Assembly: GCA_044225265.1 (NCBI GenBank)
Contig: JBGAIW010000001.1
Location: forward strand, 47,872 to 111,871
Origin: Reyranella sp.
GTDB taxonomy: Bacteria; Pseudomonadota; Alphaproteobacteria; Reyranellales; Reyranellaceae
Direction of reading: 5' to 3'
DNA length: 64,000 bases
The position numbers and the translations under genes were made by a program. Positions 49,250-59,088 of this stretch are shown here, piece by piece (position 1 is the stretch's first letter; each line of letters begins with the position of its first letter). Below the pieces are notes generated by a model, which was given only the letters and a program-made list of their open reading frames with translations, was not told the DNA's origin and made no database searches.

Positions 49250-50035
49250 CTAGCCTTTGGCGATGAAGTCTGTGACGAGTTTGGCGAGCGCTTCCGGCTG
49301 CTCCATGTCGACGCAATGGCCGCACGCCTTGACGACCTCGAGCCGGGCGTCGGGCAGGGCGCTCAGGAAGCGTCGGCCGGCGCTGACCGGCACGATCCTG
49401 TCGTCGTCGCCCCACACGATCAGCGACGGCACCTTCACCGCGCCCAGCAGGTACGGCAGGGTCTGGCTGTACATGTAGGGCTTCCAGGCGACGCGGAAGC
49501 TCATCTCGCGGCAGATGTCCCACATCTCGAGCTGATCGATGCTGGGCTCCTCGCCATAGACCCTGTCGAATGCCTTCTGGTCGTGAAAGCCCGCACGGGC
49601 GTAGTCGAGATAGCCGGTGATCGCGAGATCGAGGATGTCGCCCTGCGGCGGTTTGATGCCCATCGCGCCGACCAGCACGAGCTTCGAGAGGTCGGACGGC
49701 GCCATGCCGGCCATCTCGGCCGCGATCCAGCCGCCGAAGCCCAGACCGATCAGGCTCGCGTTGGAGACTTTTAGGTCGCTCAGCAGGCCGCGATAGGTGA
49801 CGGCGATGTCGCGCACGCTGCGCATCCACTCCGGCCGCTGTGAGCGGCTGTAGCCTGGATGATGCGGGACGATGACGTCGTAGCCGGCGGCGAGCAGGTC
49901 GTAGAACGGCAGGCGGTCGAGCGTGCCGGTCTCGTGATGCAGGACGAGGACAGGTCTGCCCTTTCCGGCGCGACTCACATGCAGCTTCGTTCCGGCCAAG
50001 TCGTAGCTCGAGTCGGTCCACTCCACCTTGGCCAT
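49250..50035 (-). CDS. Alpha/beta hydrolase-fold protein lacking the nucleophile Ser
   Basis: HPGYSRS, GLGFGG elbow, WGDDD, CGH, EQPE. Confidence 0.82.
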   Translation of the reverse strand: MAKVEWTDSSYDLAGTKLHVSRAGKGRPVLVLHHETGTLDRLPFYDLLAAGYDVIVPHHPGYSRSQRPEWMRSVRDIAVTYRGLLSDLKVSNASLIGLGFGGWIAAEMAGMAPSDLSKLVLVGAMGIKPPQGDILDLAITGYLDYARAGFHDQKAFDRVYGEEPSIDQLEMWDICREMSFRVAWKPYMYSQTLPYLLGAVKVPSLIVWGDDDRIVPVSAGRRFLSALPDARLEVVKACGHCVDMEQPEALAKLVTDFIAKG

Positions 50036-50099
50036 TCAAGCGTTCCTTCCCGATGCCTCGTACTTTTGGATGCAATGGTTGCAACCGATCTGCACCGAG

Positions 50100-50606
50100 T
50101 CAAACCTTGGCGTGTTCCTCCACGCGATGCACGATTTCGTCGACGATCGCTTCCGGGAGGCGATCGATGTCGATGGTTACGGAATTTTCGTCTGGCGATG
50201 GTTCTTCGAGGATCCCGAACTGGCTGTCCAGGAGACTGGACGGCATGAAGTGGCCCTTGCGCTGCGCCATGCGGCCGGCGATCAGGGCCCGCGAACCTCT
50301 AGGGTAAACCACGACCACATCGGGGCGATTTCCCGCGATGATGTCCCGATAGGAGCGCTTGAGAGCCGAGCAGGTGACCACCCCCGAGACGCCGGCGGCC
50401 CGCCATTCGTCGATCTTCAAGGCGATCCTTTGCAGCCAGGGGAGGCGATCGGCGTCGGTGAGCGGCGTGCCGCTGCTCATCTTCGCGACATTGGACGGCG
50501 GATGAAGGGCGTCGCCCTCCTGATATTGCCAGCCGAGTTTCCGGCTGAGCCCCTGGGCGATCGTGGTCTTGCCGCTGCCCGAGACGCCCATGATGACGAG
50601 GATCAT
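50100..50606 (-). CDS. gntK: Gluconokinase
   Basis: [47 protein letters not shown]. Confidence 0.92.
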   Translation of the reverse strand: MILVIMGVSGSGKTTIAQGLSRKLGWQYQEGDALHPPSNVAKMSSGTPLTDADRLPWLQRIALKIDEWRAAGVSGVVTCSALKRSYRDIIAGNRPDVVVVYPRGSRALIAGRMAQRKGHFMPSSLLDSQFGILEEPSPDENSVTIDIDRLPEAIVDEIVHRVEEHAKV

Positions 50607-50668
50607 CCGGACAGTCTATTAGTACCCAGATACTTCACCAGTCCCGAAACGACAGGGAAACCCCCACC

Positions 50669-51676
50669 GTGCTCAAGCTCGGATACAAGGCCTCGGCCGA
50701 ACAGTTCGCTCCCATCAAGCTTCTCGACTTCTCGATCGAGGCCGAGAAGGTCGAGCTCGATTCGGTGTTCGTGAGCGATCACTTCCAGCCGTGGAAGCAT
50801 GTCGACGGCCACGCACCAAGCTCGCTGGTCTGGCTGGGTGCGCTGGCGGCGCGGACCTCCAGCCTCGTGATGGGCACCAGCGTGCTGACACCGACCTTCC
50901 GCTATCACCCATCGATCGTGGCGCAGGCCTTCGGCACCCTGGGGTCGATGGCGCCCGGCCGCGTGATCCTGGGCATCGGCACCGGCGAGGGGCTGAACGA
51001 GGTTCCGTCGACCGGCGCGCCCTGGCCCGAGTTCAAGGAGCGCTTCGCGCGCATGCGCGAGGCGGTCACGCTGATCCGCAAGCTGTGGCGCGAAGAACGG
51101 GTCAGCTTCGAAGGCGAGTACTACAAGACCGAGAAGGCCACGATCTACGACCGGCCCAACGTCGAGATCCCGATCTACGTCGCGGCGGCGGGCGCGGTCG
51201 TGGCGCGTTATGCCGGCCGCACCGGCGACGGCTTCATTTGCACCTCGGGCAAGAAATGGGACCTCTACACCGAAACGCTTATGCCGAGCGTTGCCGAGGG
51301 CATCGGCAAGGCGACCGAGCCCAAGAAGCGTCCGTACGACAACATGATCGAGATCAAACTGTCGTTCGATTCGGACAAGAACCGTGCGCTCGAGGATACG
51401 CGGCACTGGGCGGCGCTGGCGCTCACGCCGGAGGAAAAGATGAGCGTCGAGGATCCGGTCGAGATGCAGCGTCTGGCCGACGCCCTGCCACTCGAGCGAG
51501 CCGCCAGCCGCTGGATCGTGTCGAACGATCCGCAGGAAGTCGTCGACAAGGTAGAGCCCTACGTGAAGATGGGTTTCAGGCACCTGGTGTTCCATGCGCC
51601 CGGCCCGGACCAGTCGCGCTTCCTCAAGCTGTTCGGGGAGCAGGTGGCGCCGGCGCTGCGCAAGAAATTCGGCTGA
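50669..51676 (+). CDS. fgd: F420-dependent glucose-6-phosphate dehydrogenase
   Basis: [50 protein letters not shown]. Confidence 0.9.
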   Translation: MLKLGYKASAEQFAPIKLLDFSIEAEKVELDSVFVSDHFQPWKHVDGHAPSSLVWLGALAARTSSLVMGTSVLTPTFRYHPSIVAQAFGTLGSMAPGRVILGIGTGEGLNEVPSTGAPWPEFKERFARMREAVTLIRKLWREERVSFEGEYYKTEKATIYDRPNVEIPIYVAAAGAVVARYAGRTGDGFICTSGKKWDLYTETLMPSVAEGIGKATEPKKRPYDNMIEIKLSFDSDKNRALEDTRHWAALALTPEEKMSVEDPVEMQRLADALPLERAASRWIVSNDPQEVVDKVEPYVKMGFRHLVFHAPGPDQSRFLKLFGEQVAPALRKKFG

Positions 51677-52419
51677 TGAACAGAGTAGAGTTGCTGGCCG
51701 TCCCCGGCCTTCCGCTGGTGAAGGCCGGGGACGATCTTGCGTCTTTGTTGATCAAGGCGATGACCGGCGAGTTTTCGCCGCGCGCCGGCGATGTACTCGT
51801 TTTGGCGCAGAAGATCGTGTCCAAGGCCGAGGGCCGCACGGTCGATCTTTCGACTGTGAGGCCCTCTCAACGCGCCGTCGAACTGGCGGCCGAAGTGCTG
51901 AAGGATCCCCGCTTGGTCGAGCTGATCCTGTCGGAGTCGGTGAGGGTCGTGCGCAGCCGGCCCAACGTACTGATCGTCGAGCATCGGCTGGGTTTCGTAA
52001 TGGCCAATGCCGGCATCGATCAATCCAACGTGGCGCCGCAGGACGGCGTCGAACGCGCTCTGCTGCTGCCCAAGGATCCCGATGCCAGCGCCGCAGCACT
52101 GAGCGCCAGCCTCGGAATGCCGGTACTCATCATCGATTCGTTCGGCCGCGCCTGGCGCAAGGGCACGACCGGCATCGCCATCGGCGCTGCCGGCCTGCCG
52201 TCCCTGATCGATATGCGTGGCCAGACCGACATGTTCGGCCGGGTCCTGCAGGTGACGATGCCGGCCTTCGGCGACGAACTTGCCGCTGCAGCGTCGCTGG
52301 TCATGGGCCAGGCCGACGAGGCGCAGCCCGCCGTACTGGTGCGCGGGCTCTCCTGGAAAGCGCCCAACCTGCCGGCCGCCGAACTGATCCGCTCCTCGAC
52401 CGAGGATCTCTTCCGCTAG
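51676..52419 (+). CDS. cofE: Coenzyme F420-0:L-glutamate ligase
   Basis: QKIVSKAEGR, ANAGIDQSN, LLPKDPDASA, DSFGRAWR, DELAAAA. Confidence 0.92.
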   Translation: MNRVELLAVPGLPLVKAGDDLASLLIKAMTGEFSPRAGDVLVLAQKIVSKAEGRTVDLSTVRPSQRAVELAAEVLKDPRLVELILSESVRVVRSRPNVLIVEHRLGFVMANAGIDQSNVAPQDGVERALLLPKDPDASAAALSASLGMPVLIIDSFGRAWRKGTTGIAIGAAGLPSLIDMRGQTDMFGRVLQVTMPAFGDELAAAASLVMGQADEAQPAVLVRGLSWKAPNLPAAELIRSSTEDLFR

Positions 52420-53259
52420 TTAGGCGACTTGCTTCGCCGCTTTCGCCCATTGATCGAGGACGGGCAGGATCGCATCGGTCTTGCCCGAGTCGAGGCTGAT
52501 GATCGCGCGCACTACACCGGCGTCCCGATCGGCCTTCAGCATGTCGGTGTCCTTGGCGCCCCAGATCGTGACCGGCACGTCGCGGTTCGCCTCCGCGGCG
52601 AGCTTGCGGAACTCGGGCAGGAAGTCGCGCACGTTGGGATAATTCGGTCGTGCACGATGCGGCATCCAGCCGTCGCCGTAGCGGATCGCCCGCCGCGCGC
52701 CGTAGGGGAAGGCGCCGCCGACCCAGATCGGCGGGTGCGGCTTCTGAACCGGCTTGGGCCAGGTCATCATCGGATCGAAATTGACCATCTCGCCGTGATA
52801 CTCGGGCTTGGACTTCGCCCAGATCTCCTTCATCGCCTCGACCCGCTCGCGTGCGAGCTTGTGGCGGGTCTCGAACTTCGTTCCGTGGTTCTCCATTTCG
52901 TCGCGGTTCCAGCCATTGCCAATACCGAACAGGAAGCGTCCGTTGGAAAGCTGGTCGATCGAGGCGACCGACTTGGCGGTCTGGATCGGATCGCGCTGCG
53001 CCACCAGGCAGACGCCGGTGCCGACCTTGATCGTCCTGGTCACGGCCGCGGCGGCCATCAGCGCCACGAACGGGTCCATCGCGTCGAAGTACTTCTTTGG
53101 CAACTCGCCGCCCGACGGAAAGGCGGACTTGCGGCTGAGCGGAATATGACTGTGCTCGGGCGACCATACCGAATCGAAGCCGCGCTGCTCGGCTGCGACA
53201 GCTAGTTCCTGCGGCGTCATCGAATAGTCGGTGAAGAACATCGCGACGCCGAGTTTCAT
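52420..53259 (-). CDS. LLM-class F420-dependent oxidoreductase
   Basis: PEHSHIP, QRDPIQTAK, GWNRDEMENHG, PKPVQKPHPP. Confidence 0.85.
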   Translation of the reverse strand: MKLGVAMFFTDYSMTPQELAVAAEQRGFDSVWSPEHSHIPLSRKSAFPSGGELPKKYFDAMDPFVALMAAAAVTRTIKVGTGVCLVAQRDPIQTAKSVASIDQLSNGRFLFGIGNGWNRDEMENHGTKFETRHKLARERVEAMKEIWAKSKPEYHGEMVNFDPMMTWPKPVQKPHPPIWVGGAFPYGARRAIRYGDGWMPHRARPNYPNVRDFLPEFRKLAAEANRDVPVTIWGAKDTDMLKADRDAGVVRAIISLDSGKTDAILPVLDQWAKAAKQVA

Positions 53260-53269
53260 TGCCGTCTCC

Positions 53270-54211
53270 TTATGCCGCCTTGGCCTTCTTGGGCCACCTC
53301 GTGCCAACCTGCGGCAGGACCTGTTCGATCAGCTGCCTGGTCTGCACCAGCACCTGATCGCCAGAGCCAATCGGGCGCAGGATGAATTTCTGGATGCCGC
53401 CTGCCACGTACTGGCCGACCCGGTCCAGGATCGCGCCCGCGTCGCCGACGGCAAACTGCTTCGTCGGATCACGTCCGGTGCGCTTGGCGTAAGCTTCCAT
53501 CGCCCTGGCGACCGTGCCGTCATTCGCGCTGCCGAAATAGAACGGGAAACTCGCGCCGTAGTGATCCTCGTCGATGGTGCGGCCGGCGGCCGGCAGCGCC
53601 TGCTTGATCGCGGCGACGACGCGGACTGCGTCCTCCAAGGTCTCGCCGCCGCCCTGCCAGCCGGTGCCGTATCTGGCCGTCCGTTTGATCGCGGCCTCCG
53701 ACGAGCCGCCGATCCACATCGGCAGGTCGGGCTGCACGGGCTTGGGGGAGATCGACGCTGCCTTGAGCTTGTAGTGCCGGCCCGCGAAGTCGACGCTGTC
53801 TTCGCGCCACAGGCGGGCGATGATCTCCAGACTCTCATCGGTCCGCCGGCCGCGCGTCTTGGTGTCGATGTCGAGGGCGGTCCATTCCGGTCCAAGCGGA
53901 CTGCCGATACCGAAGGCCGGCAGCAGCCGACCCTCCGACAGCACGTCGATGGTGGCGCATTGCTTGGCCAGCAAAACCGGATCGCGCAGGGCCAGAGACA
54001 CCACGTTCATGCCGAAGCGCAGGCGGCGCGTACGGCCGGCGAGGGCGGCCATCACCGCCATGCATTCGAGGATGGGAGTGCGGCTCACCAGCCGGTCGGT
54101 CTGCCAGATCGAATCGACCCCGCCCTGTTCGCACATGTCGACCCAGCGCCAGTAGTCGCCGGCGCCGGCGAACGGGTAATCCATCAGGCCGAGGCCTACC
54201 GCAACGGTCAT
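53270..54211 (-). CDS. LLM-class oxidoreductase
   Basis: WQTDRL, RDPVLLAKQCATID, PKPVQ, WIGGSS. Confidence 0.85.
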   Translation of the reverse strand: MTVAVGLGLMDYPFAGAGDYWRWVDMCEQGGVDSIWQTDRLVSRTPILECMAVMAALAGRTRRLRFGMNVVSLALRDPVLLAKQCATIDVLSEGRLLPAFGIGSPLGPEWTALDIDTKTRGRRTDESLEIIARLWREDSVDFAGRHYKLKAASISPKPVQPDLPMWIGGSSEAAIKRTARYGTGWQGGGETLEDAVRVVAAIKQALPAAGRTIDEDHYGASFPFYFGSANDGTVARAMEAYAKRTGRDPTKQFAVGDAGAILDRVGQYVAGGIQKFILRPIGSGDQVLVQTRQLIEQVLPQVGTRWPKKAKAA

Positions 54212-54221
54212 GGGGCGACGG

Positions 54222-55070
54222 TCATGCCGCGTGGGCCTTCGCGAGCGGAGCGACCTTGTCGATGTGCTTGAGAATCTCGTCACGGCTGAGGTCGGGGATC
54301 GCGAGCAGGGCATCCTGGATGCCCGCCTTCTGATACTCCGCAAGGGTCGCGGCATCGGCTGGCGCGCCGAAGACAGTGATCGTCAGGCTCGTGAAGTCGC
54401 GCCCCTTGCCGTCGGCCATCTTCTTCAGTCGCTCCACGGCCAGGGCGCCGGTGAAGCCCTGGCGCGGGCGCGGGAACCAGCCGTCGCAATATTCCACGAC
54501 GCGCTTCAGGGTGTAGTCGGTCTCGCCACCCAGGATGATCGGCGGGCCGGACTTCTGCCTGGGCTTGGGCCATGACCAGAGCGGGTCGAAGTCGACGTAC
54601 TTGCCGTGATAGGCGGCCTCGTCCTTGGTCCAGATCTCCTTCATCGCCAGCACGCGCTCGCGCATGATGGCGAAACGCGTCTCGTAGGTCGCGCCGTGGT
54701 TTTCCATCTCGTCGACATTCCAGCCGGCACCGATGCCGAACACGAAGCGGCCGCCCGACAGCATGTCGAGGCTGGCGATCGCCTTGGCGGTGGCGATCGG
54801 CTCGTGCTGCGGCACCAGGCAGATACCGGTGCCGATCCTGAGCCTCTTCGTGGCGGCCGCAGCGAAGGCCAGGCCGACGAACGGATCGTGGGTGTGGGCG
54901 TAGCGCTTGGGTAGTTCACCGCCGGCGGGGAAGGGCGTCTTGCGACTGGTCGGAATATGCGTGTGCTCGGGTACGAACAGCGAGTCGAACCCGCGATCCT
55001 CCAGCGCCTTCGCCAGTTCGGCGATGTCGATGCCGTAGTCGGTCGGAAAGTAGAACACCCCCACTTTCAT
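54222..55070 (-). CDS. LLM-class F420-dependent oxidoreductase
   Basis: PEHTHIP, GAGWNVDEMENHG, DGWFP. Confidence 0.85.
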   Translation of the reverse strand: MKVGVFYFPTDYGIDIAELAKALEDRGFDSLFVPEHTHIPTSRKTPFPAGGELPKRYAHTHDPFVGLAFAAAATKRLRIGTGICLVPQHEPIATAKAIASLDMLSGGRFVFGIGAGWNVDEMENHGATYETRFAIMRERVLAMKEIWTKDEAAYHGKYVDFDPLWSWPKPRQKSGPPIILGGETDYTLKRVVEYCDGWFPRPRQGFTGALAVERLKKMADGKGRDFTSLTITVFGAPADAATLAEYQKAGIQDALLAIPDLSRDEILKHIDKVAPLAKAHAA

Positions 55071-55081
55071 CGGATCTCTCC

Positions 55082-56062
55082 CTATTTCTTGGGCGCTTCG
55101 ACGTGGCCGCCGAAGCCCAGTCGCATTGCCGACAGCACCTTCTCGGCGAAGGTGTGGTCCTGGCGCGAGCGGAAGCGCATGAACAGGGACGCAGCCAGCA
55201 CCTCCGCCGGCACGGCTTCCTCGATCGCGGCCTCGATGGTCCAGCGGCCTTCGCCGGAATCTTCCACGTGACCGGAAAAGCCCTCGAGCTTGCCATCCTT
55301 GGCCAGCGCCGAGGCGGTGAGATCGAGCAGCCAGGACGTCACCACGCTGCCGCGCCGCCACACTTCGGCGATGTCGGCGAGATTCAGGTCATAGCGCTCG
55401 TCGGCCGGCAGCTTCGCGGAAGCCCGGTTCTTCATGATGTCGAAGCCTTCGGCGAAGGCCTGCATCATGCCGTACTCGATGCCGTTATGGATCATCTTGA
55501 CGAAGTGGCCGGCGCCGACCGGGCCGGCATGGATATAGCCGCGCTCGGCACGCGGATCGAGCTTCTCACGGCTTTCCGTGCGTTCGATGGTGCCGAGGCC
55601 TGGTGCCAGGGCGGAGAAGATCGGATCGAGCCGCTTCACCGTCGCCTCGTCGCCGCCGATCATCAGGCAGTAGCCGCGCTGCAGGCCCCATACGCCGCCG
55701 GATGTGCCGATATCGAGATAGTGGATGCCCTGGGGCTTCAGCTCGCGCGCGCGGCGCACGTCGTCTTTGAAGTTGGTGTTGCCGCCGTCGATGATCGTAT
55801 CGCCCGGCCTCATCAGCCCGGCGAGCTGGGTAATGGTCTCCTCGGTGATTTTGCCCGCAGGCAGCATCACCCAGACCGTGCGCGGGCCGCTCAACGTTTC
55901 GACGAGCGATTGAACGGAGGTCGCGGCGGTCGCGCCTTCCTTCGCAAGTGCGGCACCGGGTGCGGGATTGGCGTCGAAGACGACGCAGGAATGGCCGGCC
56001 TTGGTGAGGCGGCGCACGATGTTGCCGCCCATGCGGCCAAGTCCGATGACTCCGATCTGCAT
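55082..56062 (-). CDS. gnd: 6-phosphogluconate dehydrogenase, decarboxylating (short type)
   Basis: [44 protein letters not shown]. Confidence 0.92.
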   Translation of the reverse strand: MQIGVIGLGRMGGNIVRRLTKAGHSCVVFDANPAPGAALAKEGATAATSVQSLVETLSGPRTVWVMLPAGKITEETITQLAGLMRPGDTIIDGGNTNFKDDVRRARELKPQGIHYLDIGTSGGVWGLQRGYCLMIGGDEATVKRLDPIFSALAPGLGTIERTESREKLDPRAERGYIHAGPVGAGHFVKMIHNGIEYGMMQAFAEGFDIMKNRASAKLPADERYDLNLADIAEVWRRGSVVTSWLLDLTASALAKDGKLEGFSGHVEDSGEGRWTIEAAIEEAVPAEVLAASLFMRFRSRQDHTFAEKVLSAMRLGFGGHVEAPKK

Positions 56063-56100
56063 GACGCTATGCTACACACAATCGCAAGGAGGACACAGTC

Positions 56101-56955
56101 ATGAAGCTTGGACGTCTGGGAGTTTGGTATTCGACCGACAAGCTGAATGGCAGCCAGCTCGCCGATCTGATGCAGGTTGTCGAGAAGAACGGCTATTCGG
56201 CCTTCTGGCACCCCGAAAGCCGCGGCTACGAGGCAATGTCGCTCGGCGCGTATCTCCTGTCGAAAAGCGAGAAGCTGGTGATCGGCAGCTCGATCGCCAA
56301 CATCTACGCCCGCGACGCCTATACTGCCCGGCGCGGCATGATCTCGTTGAACGAGCTTTATGGCGGACGATACATCCTGGGATTGGGCGTCAGCCACATC
56401 CCGATGGTCGAAGGGCTGCGTGGGCACAAGTACGACAAACCGCTCGGCGCGATGAGCACCTATCTCGATGCGGTCTACAAGGACGCGCCTTCGGACTCTC
56501 CGGTCGTGGTCGCGGCCCTCGGGCCGAAGATGCTCGAGCTCTCGGCCAAGAAGGCGATGGGCGCGGTTCCCTACAACGTCACGCCCAAGCACACCGCCCA
56601 GGCGGCGAGGACCCTCGGCTCCAACAAGATCCTCGCTGTCGAGCAGAAGGTGACGATCGAGACCGATCCCGCAAAGGCGCGCGCACTCGGGCGCAAGGAA
56701 CTGTCGCGCTACATGGTTCTGCCCAACTACCGCAACAACTGGCTGCGGCTCGGCTTTACCGAAGCCGATCTCGCAAACGGCGGCAGCGACAGGTTCATCG
56801 ACGCGATGTGTCTGTGGGGCGATGCCAACACGATCAAGAAGGGCCTGCGGGCGCATTTCGAGGCGGGCGCGACCCATGTCTGCCTGCAGCCGGTGCATGC
56901 CGACGGTGACCTCGAGGGGCGCGACAAGATGCTGGCTGCTCTGGCCGATACCTGA
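56101..56955 (+). CDS. LLM-class F420-dependent oxidoreductase (MSMEG_4141-like)
   Basis: IANIYAR, GLGVSH, AALGPKML, LPNYRNNWLRLG, GGSDRFID. Confidence 0.87.
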   Translation: MKLGRLGVWYSTDKLNGSQLADLMQVVEKNGYSAFWHPESRGYEAMSLGAYLLSKSEKLVIGSSIANIYARDAYTARRGMISLNELYGGRYILGLGVSHIPMVEGLRGHKYDKPLGAMSTYLDAVYKDAPSDSPVVVAALGPKMLELSAKKAMGAVPYNVTPKHTAQAARTLGSNKILAVEQKVTIETDPAKARALGRKELSRYMVLPNYRNNWLRLGFTEADLANGGSDRFIDAMCLWGDANTIKKGLRAHFEAGATHVCLQPVHADGDLEGRDKMLAALADT

Positions 56956-56966
56956 GGAGAGCGGCG

Positions 56967-58028
56967 ATGGATTTCGGTATCGCGCTGCCCACTGCGGCGG
57001 ACAACTACAAGGTCGTGGCGCGCGCCGAGGAACTCGGCTTCTCGCACGCCTGGTTCTACGACACCCAGATGCTGAGCGCGGACTGCTTCGTCGCCATGGG
57101 CGCGGCGGCGGTTCACACGAAGAAGATCAGGCTCGGTACCGGCGTGCTGGTGCCGTCCAACCGCATCGCGCCGGTCACGGCCAATGCACTGGCAACGCTC
57201 AATCAGCTGGCGCCGGGCCGCATCGATTTCGGCGTCGGCACCGGGTTCACGGCGCGGCGCGCCATGGGCTTCGGCGCCATCAAGGTGAAGGACATGGAGA
57301 CCTATGTGCATCAGGTCTATGGCCTGTTGCGCCGCGAGACGGTCGATTTCGAGATGGAAGGCGAGAAGAAGAAGATCCGCTTCCTCAATCCCGAACTGCC
57401 GCTGTTCAACACCAAGGACCCGATCGCGCTGCACTTCTCGGCCTTCGGGCCGCGCACGCGGGCACTCACCGCCAAGTTCAAGGCGGGGTGGATCGACTTC
57501 GTCGGCAAGGTCGAGAACGGCATCAAGGAAGTGACCGCTATGAAGGAGGCCTGGGCTCAGGCCGGTCACGCGGCGGGCGACTTGCAGGCGACGGCGTTTG
57601 CGCTGGGATGCGTGCTGGCGGATGGTGAGCCGGCGGACTCGGCCCGGGCGATGGCGCAGGCTGGCCCGCGCGCGGCGGTGATGCTGCATCGTGCCGCCGA
57701 CGAGGCACTGGTCGGGTTGAAGGCCGGAGTCGCCATGCTGAGCACGCCGGAAATCGACGGTTATGTCGAGGTCATGCGCAAACATCCTGCCGAGGCGCGC
57801 TACCTCGAGAACCATCGCGGGCACCTGATGTTCGTGAAGGACGAGGAGAAGAAATTCGTCACCGCCAAGATGATCGCCGAAACCTCGTTCACCGCGAGCG
57901 AGGCGGAGATCAAGAAGCGCGTCGAGGCGCTGAAGGCGGCCGGCTACACCCAGTTCACGATTCAACTCGTGCCGGGACAGGAGGCCGCCCTTGCCGACTG
58001 GGCGCGCATCCGGAAGGCCTTCGCGTGA
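56967..58028 (+). CDS. LLM-class oxidoreductase
   Basis: WFYDTQML, LGTGVLVPSNR, LAPGRID. Confidence 0.85.
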   Translation: MDFGIALPTAADNYKVVARAEELGFSHAWFYDTQMLSADCFVAMGAAAVHTKKIRLGTGVLVPSNRIAPVTANALATLNQLAPGRIDFGVGTGFTARRAMGFGAIKVKDMETYVHQVYGLLRRETVDFEMEGEKKKIRFLNPELPLFNTKDPIALHFSAFGPRTRALTAKFKAGWIDFVGKVENGIKEVTAMKEAWAQAGHAAGDLQATAFALGCVLADGEPADSARAMAQAGPRAAVMLHRAADEALVGLKAGVAMLSTPEIDGYVEVMRKHPAEARYLENHRGHLMFVKDEEKKFVTAKMIAETSFTASEAEIKKRVEALKAAGYTQFTIQLVPGQEAALADWARIRKAFA

Positions 58029-58038
58029 AGGCCGAAAC

Positions 58039-59088
58039 ATGAAAATTGGCATCTCGTTCAGCTTCCAGGCGCATCGGGCGCTGGGCGAGCCCTACGACAA
58101 GGCCTACCGCGAAGGGCTGGAACTCGCGGCCGAGGCGAGCCGGCTTGGCATCGATTCAATCTGGGCCAGCGAGCATCACGGCGAGCCCGACGGCTATTGT
58201 CCGTCGCCCGTGGTGGCCTGCGCGGCGCTCGCCGTCGCCGCTCCAACCTGCCGGATCGGGCAGGGTGTGGCACTGGCGCCGCTGCACGGGCATCCCATGC
58301 GCATGGCCGAGGACCTATCGGTAGTCGACAATCTCTCCGGCGGACGGATCGAGATCGGGCTGGGGCAGGGTTATCGCCCGGCCGAGTTCGACCAGTTCGG
58401 CTGGAACTACAAGACGCGAACCCGCGCCTTCGAGGAGTCCCTGGAGATCCTCGAGAAGGCCTGGACCGGCGAAGCGTTCGATTACGCAGGCAAGATCTAC
58501 AGCGTGAAGGGCGGCCTGTTGCGGCCGCCGCCGGTGCAGCCGGGCCGCCCGCCGCTGTGGATCGGCGCTGCCCATCCCAAGGCGCGGGCGCGCGCGGTGC
58601 GCCACCGCGCCGGCTTTCTGGTGGCGCCGCTGGCCGAGCTCGGGCTGGTCGAATACCAGTTCAAGTCGTTCGACGCCGAGGCCGAGCAGCAGGGCGCCGG
58701 CCGGCTGCCGCGCGCGGTGATGCGCGAGATCCTGGTCGGCGATTCGGCTACCGATGCGATCAAGCGGCACCAACCATTCATCGACGAGGTCTATCGCGTG
58801 CAATACAAGCCCGAGCGCATCGGCCTCACCTATGTCGACAAGGCGACGGGCGAGCGGAAGCCGTTGACCTCGGACAACCCGCACTTCATGTCGGAAGAAT
58901 TCATGCAGGAGCGCTGGCTGCTGGGCACGCCGGCCGACATAGCGACCAAACTCGTCAAGTGGCAGTCGCGGCTCAAGACGGATCACCTGATCTTCACCCC
59001 CCGTCCGCCTGGCATGTCGTTGCGCCAGGCCGTCGACGAAGTCGCGGCGATCGCGAAGGACGTGCTTCCCGTACTGCGGGCTATTTGA
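58039..59088 (+). CDS. LLM-class oxidoreductase
   Basis: SEHHG, GYCPSP, AEDLSVVDNLSGGR, GQGYR. Confidence 0.85.
   Translation: MKIGISFSFQAHRALGEPYDKAYREGLELAAEASRLGIDSIWASEHHGEPDGYCPSPVVACAALAVAAPTCRIGQGVALAPLHGHPMRMAEDLSVVDNLSGGRIEIGLGQGYRPAEFDQFGWNYKTRTRAFEESLEILEKAWTGEAFDYAGKIYSVKGGLLRPPPVQPGRPPLWIGAAHPKARARAVRHRAGFLVAPLAELGLVEYQFKSFDAEAEQQGAGRLPRAVMREILVGDSATDAIKRHQPFIDEVYRVQYKPERIGLTYVDKATGERKPLTSDNPHFMSEEFMQERWLLGTPADIATKLVKWQSRLKTDHLIFTPRPPGMSLRQAVDEVAAIAKDVLPVLRAI

Noticed and set aside
50071-50098. Sigma-54 promoter or operator around TGCAATGGTTGCAACC
   Set aside because: GG-to-GC spacing is 11 or 12, not 10; the short palindrome alone is insufficient.
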